Assembly: GCA_049616955.1 (NCBI GenBank)
Contig: JBMZIJ010000002.1
Location: 25,972-89,971, forward strand
DNA: 64,000 nt
Source: Candidatus Poseidoniaceae archaeon
Lineage (GTDB): Archaea; Thermoplasmatota; Poseidoniia; Poseidoniales; Poseidoniaceae
Direction: 5' to 3'
The notes beneath the pieces were generated by a model. It saw only the letters and a program-made list of their open reading frames with translations, was not told the origin of the DNA and ran no database searches. The stretch's first letter is position 1, and each line of letters starts with the position of its first letter. Of the stretch, positions 52,075 to 62,481 are shown one piece after another. A program made the position numbers and the translations under genes.

Positions 52075-53343
52075 TCAAAGAGAAGGCAGTTTGAGCAGAT
52101 TCTGAGAAACCAGTGGTTCTCCTTGAATCGAGGCTAACATGCTTTTGGCTTCTCCATACTGTCCGAGTTGGGCTAATATGGCAGCATGAAGATTCACGAA
52201 ATGTGGTTGAGATTTATCATCCTCTGAGACCATTTCCATGAGTCCGAGTGCTTTCTCTTCTCGTCCGCTCAGAAGTAGTGCTTGGGTCAGATTGTACAAC
52301 GGCTCAGATCCATCGGGTTGCGCACGCACGGCTTCCCTCAAGGACAGAATCGCAGCCTCAAATTGTGTCGCAGCATTGGAAACGTCTACAGGGTCTGTTG
52401 ATTCTTGCATTGTAGTTGCAACTTGGAGCAGTGAGATACCATAATTGTTCATTGCACCAACATCCTGTGGAACGCTTGAAAGAACACGTTGGAAGGAACG
52501 TGCTGCACCACGCCAATCACCTCGTCCGATCGACATGAATCCTCCTTCAACAAGAGACTTGAGTTCCTCATTGCTTGAGGCTTGAACGGTCATGGCTCGT
52601 GCTGGGTGAAGATCAAAGGGTGAGAACGCTTTCTCAGCATATTCAACGACTTCGGGTTGTTCAAAGGAGTCAACAGCGCCATGGTCAACATGCACCACCG
52701 TATCCTCAAGGTCTGAAAAGACAACCTCGATAACGTCATCTTCTTCTGCAAAGAATTCGTATTGTATCGTTTCATCAACTGGAATGTCTGGATTGTTTTC
52801 TTCGACTGGAGTCGCTTCAACAAGTGGAATGGCTGTTATTCGAATCGGCGCAACCTCGTTCTGAGCTGGTTCAACATTGACAGAGTTCAACTCTGGCAAA
52901 CTTGGAATCGGTACAGTTTCTTCAACATCCTCGATCTCTGGAGTCTCTACTGAAATGTCTTGATGCTCTTGAATCTCAACCATCGCTTCAATGGTTTTCT
53001 TCGGAGATACCGTCTCAGTTTCATTCGATGGTTCCACATCGAATGGGATTCCATCTCGATGACTACCAATACCGAATGGGAGTCGAGAGACATTTGTCAT
53101 CGATTCGCCACCAAAGCCAAATGGGAGGGAAGACGTAGGTTCGGGCTCCTTCTCCTCGACTGGACGCTCTATGCCTTCCAAATCATACCAAGCATCAGCT
53201 GCCTCATCCAAACCTGGGACTTCTGTAGGAAGAACCATTTCAGCATCTTGAAAATCTTCAGAGCGTTTCTGAATTTGGGAACCACACGCTGGACAGGAGC
53301 CACCTGCGAGATACAGAATGCCGCAGACTCCGCACTCGTTCAT
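52075..53343 (-). CDS. Zinc-ribbon + acidic linker + TPR protein
   Basis: CGVC..CPACG N-terminus, E-rich low-complexity middle, TPRs (GDWRGAARSFQRVL..AMNNYG; LYNLTQALLLSG). Confidence 0.8.
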   Translation of the reverse strand: MNECGVCGILYLAGGSCPACGSQIQKRSEDFQDAEMVLPTEVPGLDEAADAWYDLEGIERPVEEKEPEPTSSLPFGFGGESMTNVSRLPFGIGSHRDGIPFDVEPSNETETVSPKKTIEAMVEIQEHQDISVETPEIEDVEETVPIPSLPELNSVNVEPAQNEVAPIRITAIPLVEATPVEENNPDIPVDETIQYEFFAEEDDVIEVVFSDLEDTVVHVDHGAVDSFEQPEVVEYAEKAFSPFDLHPARAMTVQASSNEELKSLVEGGFMSIGRGDWRGAARSFQRVLSSVPQDVGAMNNYGISLLQVATTMQESTDPVDVSNAATQFEAAILSLREAVRAQPDGSEPLYNLTQALLLSGREEKALGLMEMVSEDDKSQPHFVNLHAAILAQLGQYGEAKSMLASIQGEPLVSQNLLKLPSL

Positions 53344-53398
53344 GGTGACCCCATTGCCCCTTCGGGTTCAGGTTCTTCAATCCAACGCCTAGGCGTGT

Positions 53399-55126
53399 CT
53401 ACTCTTCTCCATCAATAGCAGTGTCTGCTTTACCGGAAGAGATAACAACGGACTTGATGGCAGAGATGATTTCCCCGGCGTCATCGTCGACCAACGCTTC
53501 CGCTGGTGATTTTCCTTTGGCACGTCCCCGGGAATATTGAGCGATAATGCCAATGAGAGCGATACAGGTGAGAGCAATCTTCCACGTTGTTCCACCGTCT
53601 TCCCCGCCAACAACATAGACAAGGAGCATGTAGAACGTGACGATAAAGGTAGAGAGAATCATAACAGGGAATCCGGCTCTGAAAAATTCATTGAAAGAAA
53701 TCGGATAACCCGCTTCTTCGGACAGGCCAGCGGTTACGACGTTTGCGGAGGCTCCAATGAGCGTACCGTTTCCACCAAGACAAGCACCGAAAGCCAATGC
53801 CCAAATCAACGGCCCGAGATCAAGACTGAGTTCAACAGACAACGAAAGGACGATTGGAATCATTGTTGCTGTGTAAGGAATGTTGTCAATGAAAGCCGAG
53901 GCAATGGCTGAAACCCATAGTATGATGACGACGGCAGCAGCAAGCCTGTACTCTTCACTAAACGCTTCGATACCCTTCTGGACAAAACTACCGATGTAAT
54001 CGATGACGCCCATGTACTGAAGTGAGTGGACGAGAACGAACAATCCGGCAAAGAAGAGAAGTGTCGTCCATTCAACATGCTCCAAAGGCTCCTCGAGTTC
54101 ATGAGGGTTCGTGGCAAGGAGCATGATAACCGCCCCTGCGAGTGCTACCCAAGATACGGCGATGTGAACAACAGGATGCAAAAAGAATCCGATAATGACC
54201 AAGCAGAGGATGGTACCACTTACTTTGAGACCCTTCATGTCTTTGATGGCATATTGGCGCTCGAGTTCAGTGATGTCACGATCTCGTCGACCACTAAACT
54301 CGTCCTTGTATAGCCAGCGAATGAGCATGAATGATGGGACGATTGTCAGCAGAATACCAGGTGCCATCTCGATGATGAAGTCGTTGAATGTGACACCCTC
54401 TGATGCAAGGGCAGCAATCTCAGCATTTTTGTTTCCTTCGATTGCAGAAGGAGACATCGCAGATCCGATCATAATGTTTGGAGGATCTCCAATCATCGTT
54501 GCTGCACCACCAATGTTCGAAAACAAGACTTCCGAAATGAGGATGGGTATCGGCTTCACATCCAGTACCTTTGCAATCTGAATTGTGACTGGAGTCAGCA
54601 GCAACATGGTTGTCACGTTGTCGAGGAATGCAGACAAGACTGCAGTCACAGCACAGAGAATAACAACAAGCGTCCATATTTCTCCTCCACTCTTCTTGTA
54701 GGCTTGAACAGCAAACCATTCGAACACGCCAGTGTGAGAAATGACGCCAACCATGACCATCATTCCGAGCAGAAGGCCAATGGTTTCCCAGTCGATCATT
54801 GTCGTGACAGCTTTCAAACTAAGTGTATCCTCAACAGAATAAAAATTCAGAGCAATAACGGCCAGCAGGCCTCCGAGTGCAGCGGCGAGTGTGCGGTGGA
54901 CGACTTCTGTAATGATGAGCGCATAAACGAACAAGAGGATTCCAAGTCCGACATAAACGGCCTGATTCTCCATTCCGTCCTTGACGGTAATACTCAGATT
55001 GATTCCATCTCCACCGCCAGCCGCAAATCCGCTTTGGACGAAGTACATCGCTCCTACGACAACCAAAGAAAGGAGTGCAATCAATTGCGCTGGATGTCGC
55101 CGTGAGAAAAGAAGACTACCGCCCAT
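53399..55126 (-). CDS. ArsB/NhaD (P-protein-like) ion transporter
   Basis: IDWETIGLLLGMM, SAFLDNVTT, SNIGGAATMIGDPPN, SAFIDNIP, GGNGTLIGASAN. Confidence 0.92.
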   Translation of the reverse strand: MGGSLLFSRRHPAQLIALLSLVVVGAMYFVQSGFAAGGGDGINLSITVKDGMENQAVYVGLGILLFVYALIITEVVHRTLAAALGGLLAVIALNFYSVEDTLSLKAVTTMIDWETIGLLLGMMVMVGVISHTGVFEWFAVQAYKKSGGEIWTLVVILCAVTAVLSAFLDNVTTMLLLTPVTIQIAKVLDVKPIPILISEVLFSNIGGAATMIGDPPNIMIGSAMSPSAIEGNKNAEIAALASEGVTFNDFIIEMAPGILLTIVPSFMLIRWLYKDEFSGRRDRDITELERQYAIKDMKGLKVSGTILCLVIIGFFLHPVVHIAVSWVALAGAVIMLLATNPHELEEPLEHVEWTTLLFFAGLFVLVHSLQYMGVIDYIGSFVQKGIEAFSEEYRLAAAVVIILWVSAIASAFIDNIPYTATMIPIVLSLSVELSLDLGPLIWALAFGACLGGNGTLIGASANVVTAGLSEEAGYPISFNEFFRAGFPVMILSTFIVTFYMLLVYVVGGEDGGTTWKIALTCIALIGIIAQYSRGRAKGKSPAEALVDDDAGEIISAIKSVVISSGKADTAIDGEE

Positions 55127-55174
55127 GAATGTTGGACTAACATGACCTTATTGAGCGTTGGGTTGATGTTTGGT

Positions 55175-55438
55175 TTAATTCTTCCAAAAAACAGCAACAT
55201 TTCCTCGAGCAAAAACAACCCGACTGGACGTTTGTTCAGCAAGATGGTTCCACACTTGTTTGAGATCATCTCGAGTGAACAGTCCACGATTGACCTTAGC
55301 CTTGACGAGGGATCTTGAGGCGAGTTGGCCATCCAATTCAACGACAACGGCTTCTGTTAACCCTGATTTTCCGATTCTCATCGTCACTGGCAACGAGGCA
55401 TCTTTTGCCTGACGAAGAATCGCATCGGGAATTGTCAT
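55175..55438 (-). CDS. YhbY/CRM-domain RNA-binding protein
   Basis: RIGKSGLTEAVVVELDGQL..LVKAKV..RGNVAVFWK. Start overlaps the rnp4 stop. Confidence 0.88.
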   Translation of the reverse strand: MTIPDAILRQAKDASLPVTMRIGKSGLTEAVVVELDGQLASRSLVKAKVNRGLFTRDDLKQVWNHLAEQTSSRVVFARGNVAVFWKN

Positions 55439-55767
55439 AAAGAAGCCCCATTGGTTGATTTGTACGGCACTCTTCTCGTGTAGCCACAGGCATGGCAACA
55501 ATAGATTTTGTAACCGTTTCGAAAACGTATTCGGCTGGTCGTGCCATGAATGAAAAGTGTTGAACATTTTCGACAAATGACTTCCTTCGACTGGTTTGAC
55601 AACCGAAGGCGATGTCGACGTGAGATTTTAAACAAATGATTCGCATAGATTTGGCGATGTTCCAGTGTATGGTTAGGAACATCGTAGAGCATTGACAGCA
55701 AACGATCACGAGAATGAAGAGCATGTTGCCTTCGCTTGTCTCGTTGTCGCTGACGTCGACGGCTCAT
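55435..55767 (-). CDS. rnp4: Ribonuclease P protein component 4 (Rpp21)
   Basis: ISRRHRLRL, ICRKC..G.TSRIR..CHACGYTRRVPY zinc ribbon. Confidence 0.88.
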   Translation of the reverse strand: MSRRRQRQRDKRRQHALHSRDRLLSMLYDVPNHTLEHRQIYANHLFKISRRHRLRLSNQSKEVICRKCSTLFIHGTTSRIRFRNGYKIYCCHACGYTRRVPYKSTNGASL

Positions 55768-55778
55768 TCATGAACACC

Positions 55779-56405
55779 TCAATCAAGAGCCTTGAGAAGA
55801 TCGGTTGTAATCAGATCAATGTCACGATCGCCGTCAACCACCTTGAAGAGGCCGGATTCTTCGTAGAATGTGGCAAGAGGGGCTGTTTGCTCATGATAGG
55901 CTTGCAACCTGGCAACGACGGTTTCTTCAGTATCATCAGCCCTACGCTTTTCTGAAAACGCTCCACATTCACACCCTTCATCTGAAATCGGATTGAAAGT
56001 GTCATGGTAAACAACACCGCAATTCCCACAACTGTAACGTCCACAGATTCGCTCAACGATGCGCTCATCTGGAACATCGATGGCTAAGACAATGGAAACA
56101 TCAACGATTTTTGCGAGCGCCTGCGCCTGAGGGACAGTCCGTGGGAACCCATCAAACATGACACCATGTTGAGCATCATCTTCTTTCATTCTGTCTTTGA
56201 TCAAATCGATGATGACTTGGTCAGGAACAAGCGCTCCTGCATCCATGTATTTCTTTGCTTCCAAACCTACGCTTGTTTTTGCCTTCACAGCAGCACGCAA
56301 CATGTCACCTGTCGAGACTTGAGGCAGTCCTGTTGCATCCATCATGCGTTGGGCTTGTGTTCCTTTTCCAGCGCCAGGTGGTCCAAACAAAACAATGTTG
56401 AGCAT
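55779..56405 (-). CDS. adk: Adenylate kinase (bacterial-type, Zn lid)
   Basis: GPPGAGKGTQA, STGDMLR, DGFPRT, CGNCG..CECG lid, RADD. Confidence 0.96.
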   Translation of the reverse strand: MLNIVLFGPPGAGKGTQAQRMMDATGLPQVSTGDMLRAAVKAKTSVGLEAKKYMDAGALVPDQVIIDLIKDRMKEDDAQHGVMFDGFPRTVPQAQALAKIVDVSIVLAIDVPDERIVERICGRYSCGNCGVVYHDTFNPISDEGCECGAFSEKRRADDTEETVVARLQAYHEQTAPLATFYEESGLFKVVDGDRDIDLITTDLLKALD

Positions 56406-56438
56406 GCTTCAACGTTCCGTATCATCCATTTGAACGTA

Positions 56439-59400
56439 TCACTTCAACCCCATGCGTTGAAGGTATTGCTCTCCATAATGTTGCCACTGTTCCATTGTCC
56501 ATCCGTTTGGAAGGCCTCCGGGGGGCAAAGGAGGTCCAGTCGGGAGAGGCGGCACCTCTTTCACTGGAGCCGGAGGTAATCCTGCTGGAGGTAATCCTGC
56601 AGGAGGTAACCCCGCAGGGGGCAGCCCTGCTGGTGGAAGTCCCGCTGGAGGCAATCCTGCTGGCAATGATGGCTGTGGTAGAGGCATGTCCATCGATTGC
56701 GCTAATGCAGCGGCAATCTCATCTTGAGACACCTCGCCTGAGGCAAGGTCATTCACAGAGTGACTGATATCCAAGGCCTCATCTCGCCGCGTCCCTAGAT
56801 GGTCTGGATTTGTATGTGCGTCAGGGGAAACTAAATCCGTTCCTGAATCACTGACTTTTGCCGATGACTTCAATCGACGAGCACCAACAATCAAGGCAAC
56901 AGCAAACAACCCAAGCAGTGGATAGGCAATAATTGGAGACATATTGAGTAACCCACCACTGGATTGCTGTGCACTTACACTTGTATCTGCTGAGAATTCG
57001 ATGACGACATCTGCATCAGAAGTGAAGATCAGAACCAGTTGATATCGCCCATCACTTGCATCCGTGTCCGGTTTTACCTTTCCAACGATTTCAATAGATT
57101 GTCCAACAGCCAAATCAGAGATGCTTGATGGAGAAACGCTTGCTTTCCTATCGGAGAGAATCTCACCATCTGAAGTCCGCACTTCCGCCCGTAGCGTACC
57201 ACTCAACGGGAGGTTGCCTTCGTTCACAAGAACAAACGATTGCTGAGCGGAACCTCCTCGTGGAATGAAGAGGAGCGGCGCTTCGGAAGAGTCTGTCGAA
57301 AAGCCTGCAAATTCACTCGATGGAACTTCAACTCGGAGCACCAATTCGCTCGTAACGTATCGGCCATCATTGCTCGCATTGACGTAGAGAGGAAGATCAA
57401 ACCCTTCCCCGGCGCTTGTTTGGTTTGGAGGTCGTATCGCCACAATGACATTTGCCTGAGACAAGACTTCAACGCTGGAAGGAGGGTTGGCGTAATTGAC
57501 AGTCCAACCATCAGGTGCTAGCCCGTAACTCCAATCCAGATCGAGATCAGCGTTTCCTGAATTGGTTACAATGAGGTTTACGAACGTGAAATTCTCACCG
57601 ATTGTCGCCGAAACGACACCACCATCATCAACCTGTTCGAGTTGAACATCGAGGTTATCGGAAACAATCAATGAGGTTGTGTTCAGCGTAAAGTACTGAG
57701 AATTGTGCTCAACCCTTAGCGTGTAGGTGTTTGAATTTCCTTCACGTGCGGTTTCAGGAACCAGTAACATAAGTTCGACATTCGCTGATTGACCCGCAGC
57801 AAGGTTCAACGTCAAACTTGTTGAACTCGATGCATCAAGATACGACATTTGAGCGGCCCATGAAGGATTACCACGTTCGAGTGTCACGGTGAAATCCATG
57901 TCCGTGTTACCGTTGTTTGAGATGCTATGATTGTAGTAAACGACCTCTCCTGTGTCAGCATACACTGGAGTTGCGAGTGCACCTGGGCCAATCGCCCCTG
58001 ATGGACCGTAGAGATCGGATTTGAACGAACGCAATTCAGCGACGGCTACATTGACAACCTCAACGTGATTCAACGTAGGATCAGTAGGTGAGGTCACGAC
58101 ACATGTCACTTGATCATTGAAACCAGCAGATGGTTGGCCGTTGGTTACACTTGGTACAAACACGTTGACGTCCATTGAAAGATCTTGCAAAATATTGAGC
58201 GGTTCAAACTCAAGGGTCGAAGAATTGGAATTGCCAAGCATAATTTGCCATTGCGATGCAGAACTGCACGACATGGTGTATTGAGCTGCTGAATTTCCGG
58301 TGTTTCGAACACCGATTGAAAAGCCTGTGCTGTCACCAGGTTGTGCTTGTACTCCGACCGTTCCAGAAGGAACGACATCTACGGAATCAACTTGTTCGAT
58401 TGTGAATGTGAGACGCTGTGTGTGGGAAACTGTGGGTTGATTTTGGTAACGTGCCGTGACATCAACCACAAAGGTACCTGCACGAGCAAATCGCTCGGTT
58501 GAGGCATCCAATGTGGCCGATAAGTCCTCTAAGTCCAACTGGAGATAGACCGTATCGTTTTCAGTTCCTTGTCCACTGAGCGTGAACGGACCTGAATCAT
58601 TGACTGTTCGAGACCATTGGTCTTCAGGACTGTTCAAGATTGCGGGGTAAATCAGGTCGGGTTCTTGAACGCCTGAAACCGTCAGACTTACTGGACGTTC
58701 GCCCGTACCTTCATGCACAACGACAAATGGGAGGGATAAGCCGGTTTCATTTCGAACATCCATCGCAACAGTTGCTGCAGCCTCCCTCTCCGAAGAAGAT
58801 TGTGGAATTGAACCGTCCTCATCAAGGAAGATGACTCTTAACCCTTGGGCTGTCACTTCGATATCGATCTCCAAAACGTTGTTGTTCGTGCCTGAAACGC
58901 CATCGTTTAATTCTACGACCTGATTGTTCGTATCAAGAGAAAGTCGTAACGTGTGGATGCCAGTTGTAGAAAATTGTGTGAAGAAAGATACGGAATCGAG
59001 TTCCCCGCCTTCAAGTGATGAACGGTTGGAATCGTAAAGGATTGAACCTGCGGTTACATCTTCCAACTGAACACGGTAACTGCCTGAAGCAAGCGTTCCT
59101 TGATTGTGCCACGCGAGGGATACCGAAACGAGGTCACCAACGAGCGGCGTAAATGATGATGGCAAAATGCTGTTCCCAAATGTTGTCAAATCTGCTTTCG
59201 GAATGAGCGTAGCATCTGCAGCCATGACGATGCTAAAGCGTTGATTCCCACCTCCGCGATGTTCAACCATCACCATCCATTCACCGTTTTGTGTGCTGGT
59301 TCCTGCTGGCAATCGGATTCGTTCGATGTTGTTCACGTCATCAGCAGTACCGCCAACGACAGAGACGCCATTGGCGAAATTATTCCCCACGTATGTTGTT

Positions 59401-61271
59401 CCATCTGGAGCCAACAAGATGAGATCGAGATCGTTCATAAGACGGGCTTCACCCTGTGGTGCATTGGCACTTCCTTCCACATCGCTCCAAGCGAGGGTAA
59501 GATCGATACCCTTGGAGGCGTCAATGTTGAATGAGTACAAAAGTGAGAAACCTGCCTGTAATTCGCGAGAATCATCATGGAACATATCCAAAGGCGTACC
59601 GGAAAAGCTCGGTGCTAGACTGTTTTCAAGGTCGATTTGTCCCCAACCCTCGTAGTTGTTTGGGATGTCTGGAGTTCCCAGATCCTCCGCACCATTCACG
59701 AGCGTTGCTTTGATGAGACTCGCTGAAGGTTTGTTAATACCAGCAACTTCTCGCAGATATTCTCGTGCAAGGGCTGCTGATCCACCTGCAACTGCAGTGG
59801 CTTGCGAGGTTCCGCTCAATTCCATGTACAGTGAACGAGAATTGCTGTGCGTTCCAGTCGCACAGACTGAACCAACGGGATTCTTGGCTTCTTCAGCCCG
59901 TGCAGAACAAATTCCTTCACCAGGTGCGACTAAATCGGGTTTGATACGACCGTCCAAGGTTGGACCTTGGGATGAAGAAGGGCTGACACTCCCGTTGTGA
60001 CTTGAACCGATTGAAAGAACGTTCTTTGCCGTCCCAGGAGCAGTGACTTTCGATGCACCCGATGCTCCATTGTCACCAACCGAAAAGACTGGAAGCAGGA
60101 ATTGGTTGTTTGAAACGTATTGATCAGCCGAACGTGAATCCGCTGTGTAATATCCAAAGTTGCCATTCGAACCCCATGCATTGACTGCAATTCGTGCTGT
60201 TTTGAGTTCAGCATCAGAAAGCAAGTCGTAAATTGAACCTTGGCGACCGAAATAACCTGTCGGGTCGTGTTCGAGTGCATACATGACCAGGTTGGCATCT
60301 GGGGCGATTCCAGTAGTCGACGAATCACCGCTTCCGTCACCGAGGACGGTCATGACGATGTGTGTGCCGTGACCGCTATTGCTATCGATAGGGGACGAAT
60401 CAAGTCCATACTGTGTGTTGATGGCTGCAATGCGACCCAATATGTCGGGATGGTCGTTATCGAGACCTGTATCCATAACAGCAATCGTTTCTCCAGAACC
60501 ATCCAAACCGAGCGAGTTCGTTGCTCGGACTGCGACTGCACCGACTTCAGTTGCTGCGAGATTGTTATGGAGTGAGAGATCGTAAGCACGTTCGATGAAG
60601 TAGACATCATCGTGCATTGCAATCATACGGAGTTGATTTGATTGAAGGCCATGTTCAAACAAAGCCTCACACATGTCAACAGAGCACCATGCGGATGTTG
60701 CCCCGTTCTGAATCAGTTGAACAGTGATTTCTGCAACATCGGATGATTCGATATCGCTGGTCAACGTTACCTGAATGAGGTGAGCGCCTAACGCATCGTT
60801 TGTTGTTCGCATATATGGCTCATAGGCGCCAATCCAGCGCACGTCTTTGTTTGCCGAAATTTGATCGATTTGGGATTGGTCGTCAATCCTTGAAATGTAA
60901 ACACCTGGACTTTGTCGTTCGAGGACTTCAAGGTCGTACTCCGATTCCAATGTATTGATAATTGCACCATCGTTGATGGAAAGTTGAATCATGTACAGGG
61001 ATGTCGAACCTCCAGTACTCCAAGCAGTGTTCAAATTGCTCAAGTCTGTGGAAAGTGGATCAAATGAAAATCCTGCGAGGTCGATTGTCGTTGGAATTTC
61101 TTTCACAACAATGGAACGTTTGGAGATAGGGTCGATGGATTGCCATTGAGAATCATGCTCTTGAGTTACTTCTACGTCTTCTACCACTCGAGATGTTGAA
61201 GATGCCATCGGCAACGCTAGCGAAAAAAGGAAGATGGACAACAGGAGAAAACACCTGCGACGTAGATGCAT
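56439..61271 (-). CDS. Very large membrane-anchored S8 peptidase (Kp-43-like) with CARDB/NEW3-like domains and a Pro-rich cytoplasmic tail
   Basis: MDTG / SGHGTH / SGTSQAT triad, APGTAKN, DGRIKPDLVAP, GWG, NDLDL, NNIE. CARDB-like LDTNNQVVELND..NN. TM near the C-terminus. Confidence 0.92.
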   Translation of the reverse strand: MHLRRRCFLLLSIFLFSLALPMASSTSRVVEDVEVTQEHDSQWQSIDPISKRSIVVKEIPTTIDLAGFSFDPLSTDLSNLNTAWSTGGSTSLYMIQLSINDGAIINTLESEYDLEVLERQSPGVYISRIDDQSQIDQISANKDVRWIGAYEPYMRTTNDALGAHLIQVTLTSDIESSDVAEITVQLIQNGATSAWCSVDMCEALFEHGLQSNQLRMIAMHDDVYFIERAYDLSLHNNLAATEVGAVAVRATNSLGLDGSGETIAVMDTGLDNDHPDILGRIAAINTQYGLDSSPIDSNSGHGTHIVMTVLGDGSGDSSTTGIAPDANLVMYALEHDPTGYFGRQGSIYDLLSDAELKTARIAVNAWGSNGNFGYYTADSRSADQYVSNNQFLLPVFSVGDNGASGASKVTAPGTAKNVLSIGSSHNGSVSPSSSQGPTLDGRIKPDLVAPGEGICSARAEEAKNPVGSVCATGTHSNSRSLYMELSGTSQATAVAGGSAALAREYLREVAGINKPSASLIKATLVNGAEDLGTPDIPNNYEGWGQIDLENSLAPSFSGTPLDMFHDDSRELQAGFSLLYSFNIDASKGIDLTLAWSDVEGSANAPQGEARLMNDLDLILLAPDGTTYVGNNFANGVSVVGGTADDVNNIERIRLPAGTSTQNGEWMVMVEHRGGGNQRFSIVMAADATLIPKADLTTFGNSILPSSFTPLVGDLVSVSLAWHNQGTLASGSYRVQLEDVTAGSILYDSNRSSLEGGELDSVSFFTQFSTTGIHTLRLSLDTNNQVVELNDGVSGTNNNVLEIDIEVTAQGLRVIFLDEDGSIPQSSSEREAAATVAMDVRNETGLSLPFVVVHEGTGERPVSLTVSGVQEPDLIYPAILNSPEDQWSRTVNDSGPFTLSGQGTENDTVYLQLDLEDLSATLDASTERFARAGTFVVDVTARYQNQPTVSHTQRLTFTIEQVDSVDVVPSGTVGVQAQPGDSTGFSIGVRNTGNSAAQYTMSCSSASQWQIMLGNSNSSTLEFEPLNILQDLSMDVNVFVPSVTNGQPSAGFNDQVTCVVTSPTDPTLNHVEVVNVAVAELRSFKSDLYGPSGAIGPGALATPVYADTGEVVYYNHSISNNGNTDMDFTVTLERGNPSWAAQMSYLDASSSTSLTLNLAAGQSANVELMLLVPETAREGNSNTYTLRVEHNSQYFTLNTTSLIVSDNLDVQLEQVDDGGVVSATIGENFTFVNLIVTNSGNADLDLDWSYGLAPDGWTVNYANPPSSVEVLSQANVIVAIRPPNQTSAGEGFDLPLYVNASNDGRYVTSELVLRVEVPSSEFAGFSTDSSEAPLLFIPRGGSAQQSFVLVNEGNLPLSGTLRAEVRTSDGEILSDRKASVSPSSISDLAVGQSIEIVGKVKPDTDASDGRYQLVLIFTSDADVVIEFSADTSVSAQQSSGGLLNMSPIIAYPLLGLFAVALIVGARRLKSSAKVSDSGTDLVSPDAHTNPDHLGTRRDEALDISHSVNDLASGEVSQDEIAAALAQSMDMPLPQPSLPAGLPPAGLPPAGLPPAGLPPAGLPPAGLPPAPVKEVPPLPTGPPLPPGGLPNGWTMEQWQHYGEQYLQRMGLK
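56571..56660 (-). repeat. Coding tandem repeat, 6 x 15 bp encoding AGLPP
   Basis: Plus-strand units such as tggaggtaatcctgc with synonymous variation between copies. Confidence 0.9.
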
Positions 61272-61316
61272 AAACAGCCGACGCCAGTTGGGTTTTTGAG
61301 GATGCGCCTTTTTTGA

Positions 61317-62354
61317 CTACAATCCGTTGTAGGCTGCGATGGCCTCATCGGTCTTTTGAACCGATGTTTTCCAATCACTTTCTAGACCCATCAAGGCACG
61401 AATTGCGTCCACATTTTCTGGTATGACATCGGATTCTTGATGGATAGCTTGGAAGTAGTAGAGTGTGTTTCCATCGAGTTTGACCCCATCTTCCCAGACA
61501 AAGATTTCATGCAGGTCGCCCCATTTTCTACCAATGTCTCTTGAGAACTCCATGACTTCTGCTGTGGTTGTTATGCCTGTTTCCGCTCCGTTCATGATCA
61601 GAACACGTGGTTGTTGAGCCCACAACTCAAGAACAGATTCAGTACTCATCCCGTGACCATCAGGCAACGTTGCAACGATCGCATGAACGTGCATGATGGT
61701 TGTAGGAACGGCAACAGCCATCGAATTTATCGCAATTTCAGGACGAATGGTCATCACGTCAGGACCATGGTGACTTGGCACCTTAAGCACAGGCTTAATC
61801 GCATTGATTGGCCCCTTACTTGAGTCGCCAGGATCTGCTGCTCTTCGGATCATGGTGCACTCAACGGAGAGGGAGCCACAAGCATGAAGCAATGGAACAA
61901 GCGTTCGGGAAAGCCCCGTTGTGTTGCATGATACAACACGTGTTCCTTCGACGTTCATATTTTCGGCATGATTGCCGCTCGAGGTGTAGGACATTTCCGT
62001 CATTGCATGTTTTTCACCGCCCTGGAAAATCCATTTTACACCAGCTTTCTGGTAGATCTCTTTGTTCTGGGCTCCTACTTTTCCAGGAGAACAATCGATA
62101 ACGATATCGGCCACAGAGAGTAGATCGCTCAATCCTCCTTTACAATCGTATCCTGCAGGCCCAAAGGCTGCAATTTTGTCGTCTGCGTCGTATGTGCAGT
62201 ACAATGGGTAACCCTTTCGAACGGCGAGGTCGCATCCGAACGAGGGACGGGTCTTGGTCACACCGATGATTTCCATGTCATCTTGTGCATCGATTGCGTC
62301 CGCAACACGTTTCCCAATTGTCCCATATCCGTTGATTGCCACCTTGACGACCAT
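61317..62354 (-). CDS. gap: Glyceraldehyde-3-phosphate dehydrogenase, archaeal type II
   Basis: VAINGYGTIGKRVADA, FQGGEK, VVSCNTTGL, RRAADP, PSHHGPD, QAIHQES..PENVDAIRA. Confidence 0.96.
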   Translation of the reverse strand: MVVKVAINGYGTIGKRVADAIDAQDDMEIIGVTKTRPSFGCDLAVRKGYPLYCTYDADDKIAAFGPAGYDCKGGLSDLLSVADIVIDCSPGKVGAQNKEIYQKAGVKWIFQGGEKHAMTEMSYTSSGNHAENMNVEGTRVVSCNTTGLSRTLVPLLHACGSLSVECTMIRRAADPGDSSKGPINAIKPVLKVPSHHGPDVMTIRPEIAINSMAVAVPTTIMHVHAIVATLPDGHGMSTESVLELWAQQPRVLIMNGAETGITTTAEVMEFSRDIGRKWGDLHEIFVWEDGVKLDGNTLYYFQAIHQESDVIPENVDAIRALMGLESDWKTSVQKTDEAIAAYNGL

Positions 62355-62481
62355 ACTGCTCAAACATCCGGCATGGCTGAACATCCATAAACAGTTCGTG
62401 AGACAACAATGAGGATAGAATTCATCATTTTCCAGTTCAAGAAGGAGAGGGTATTTGACCGACAGTTGACACCGAAGAAAC

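Noticed and set aside
56571..56660. 15-bp tandem repeat as a CRISPR array or contingency locus
   Set aside because: No spacers, in-frame coding repeat (AGLPP) with synonymous variation, and no cas genes.
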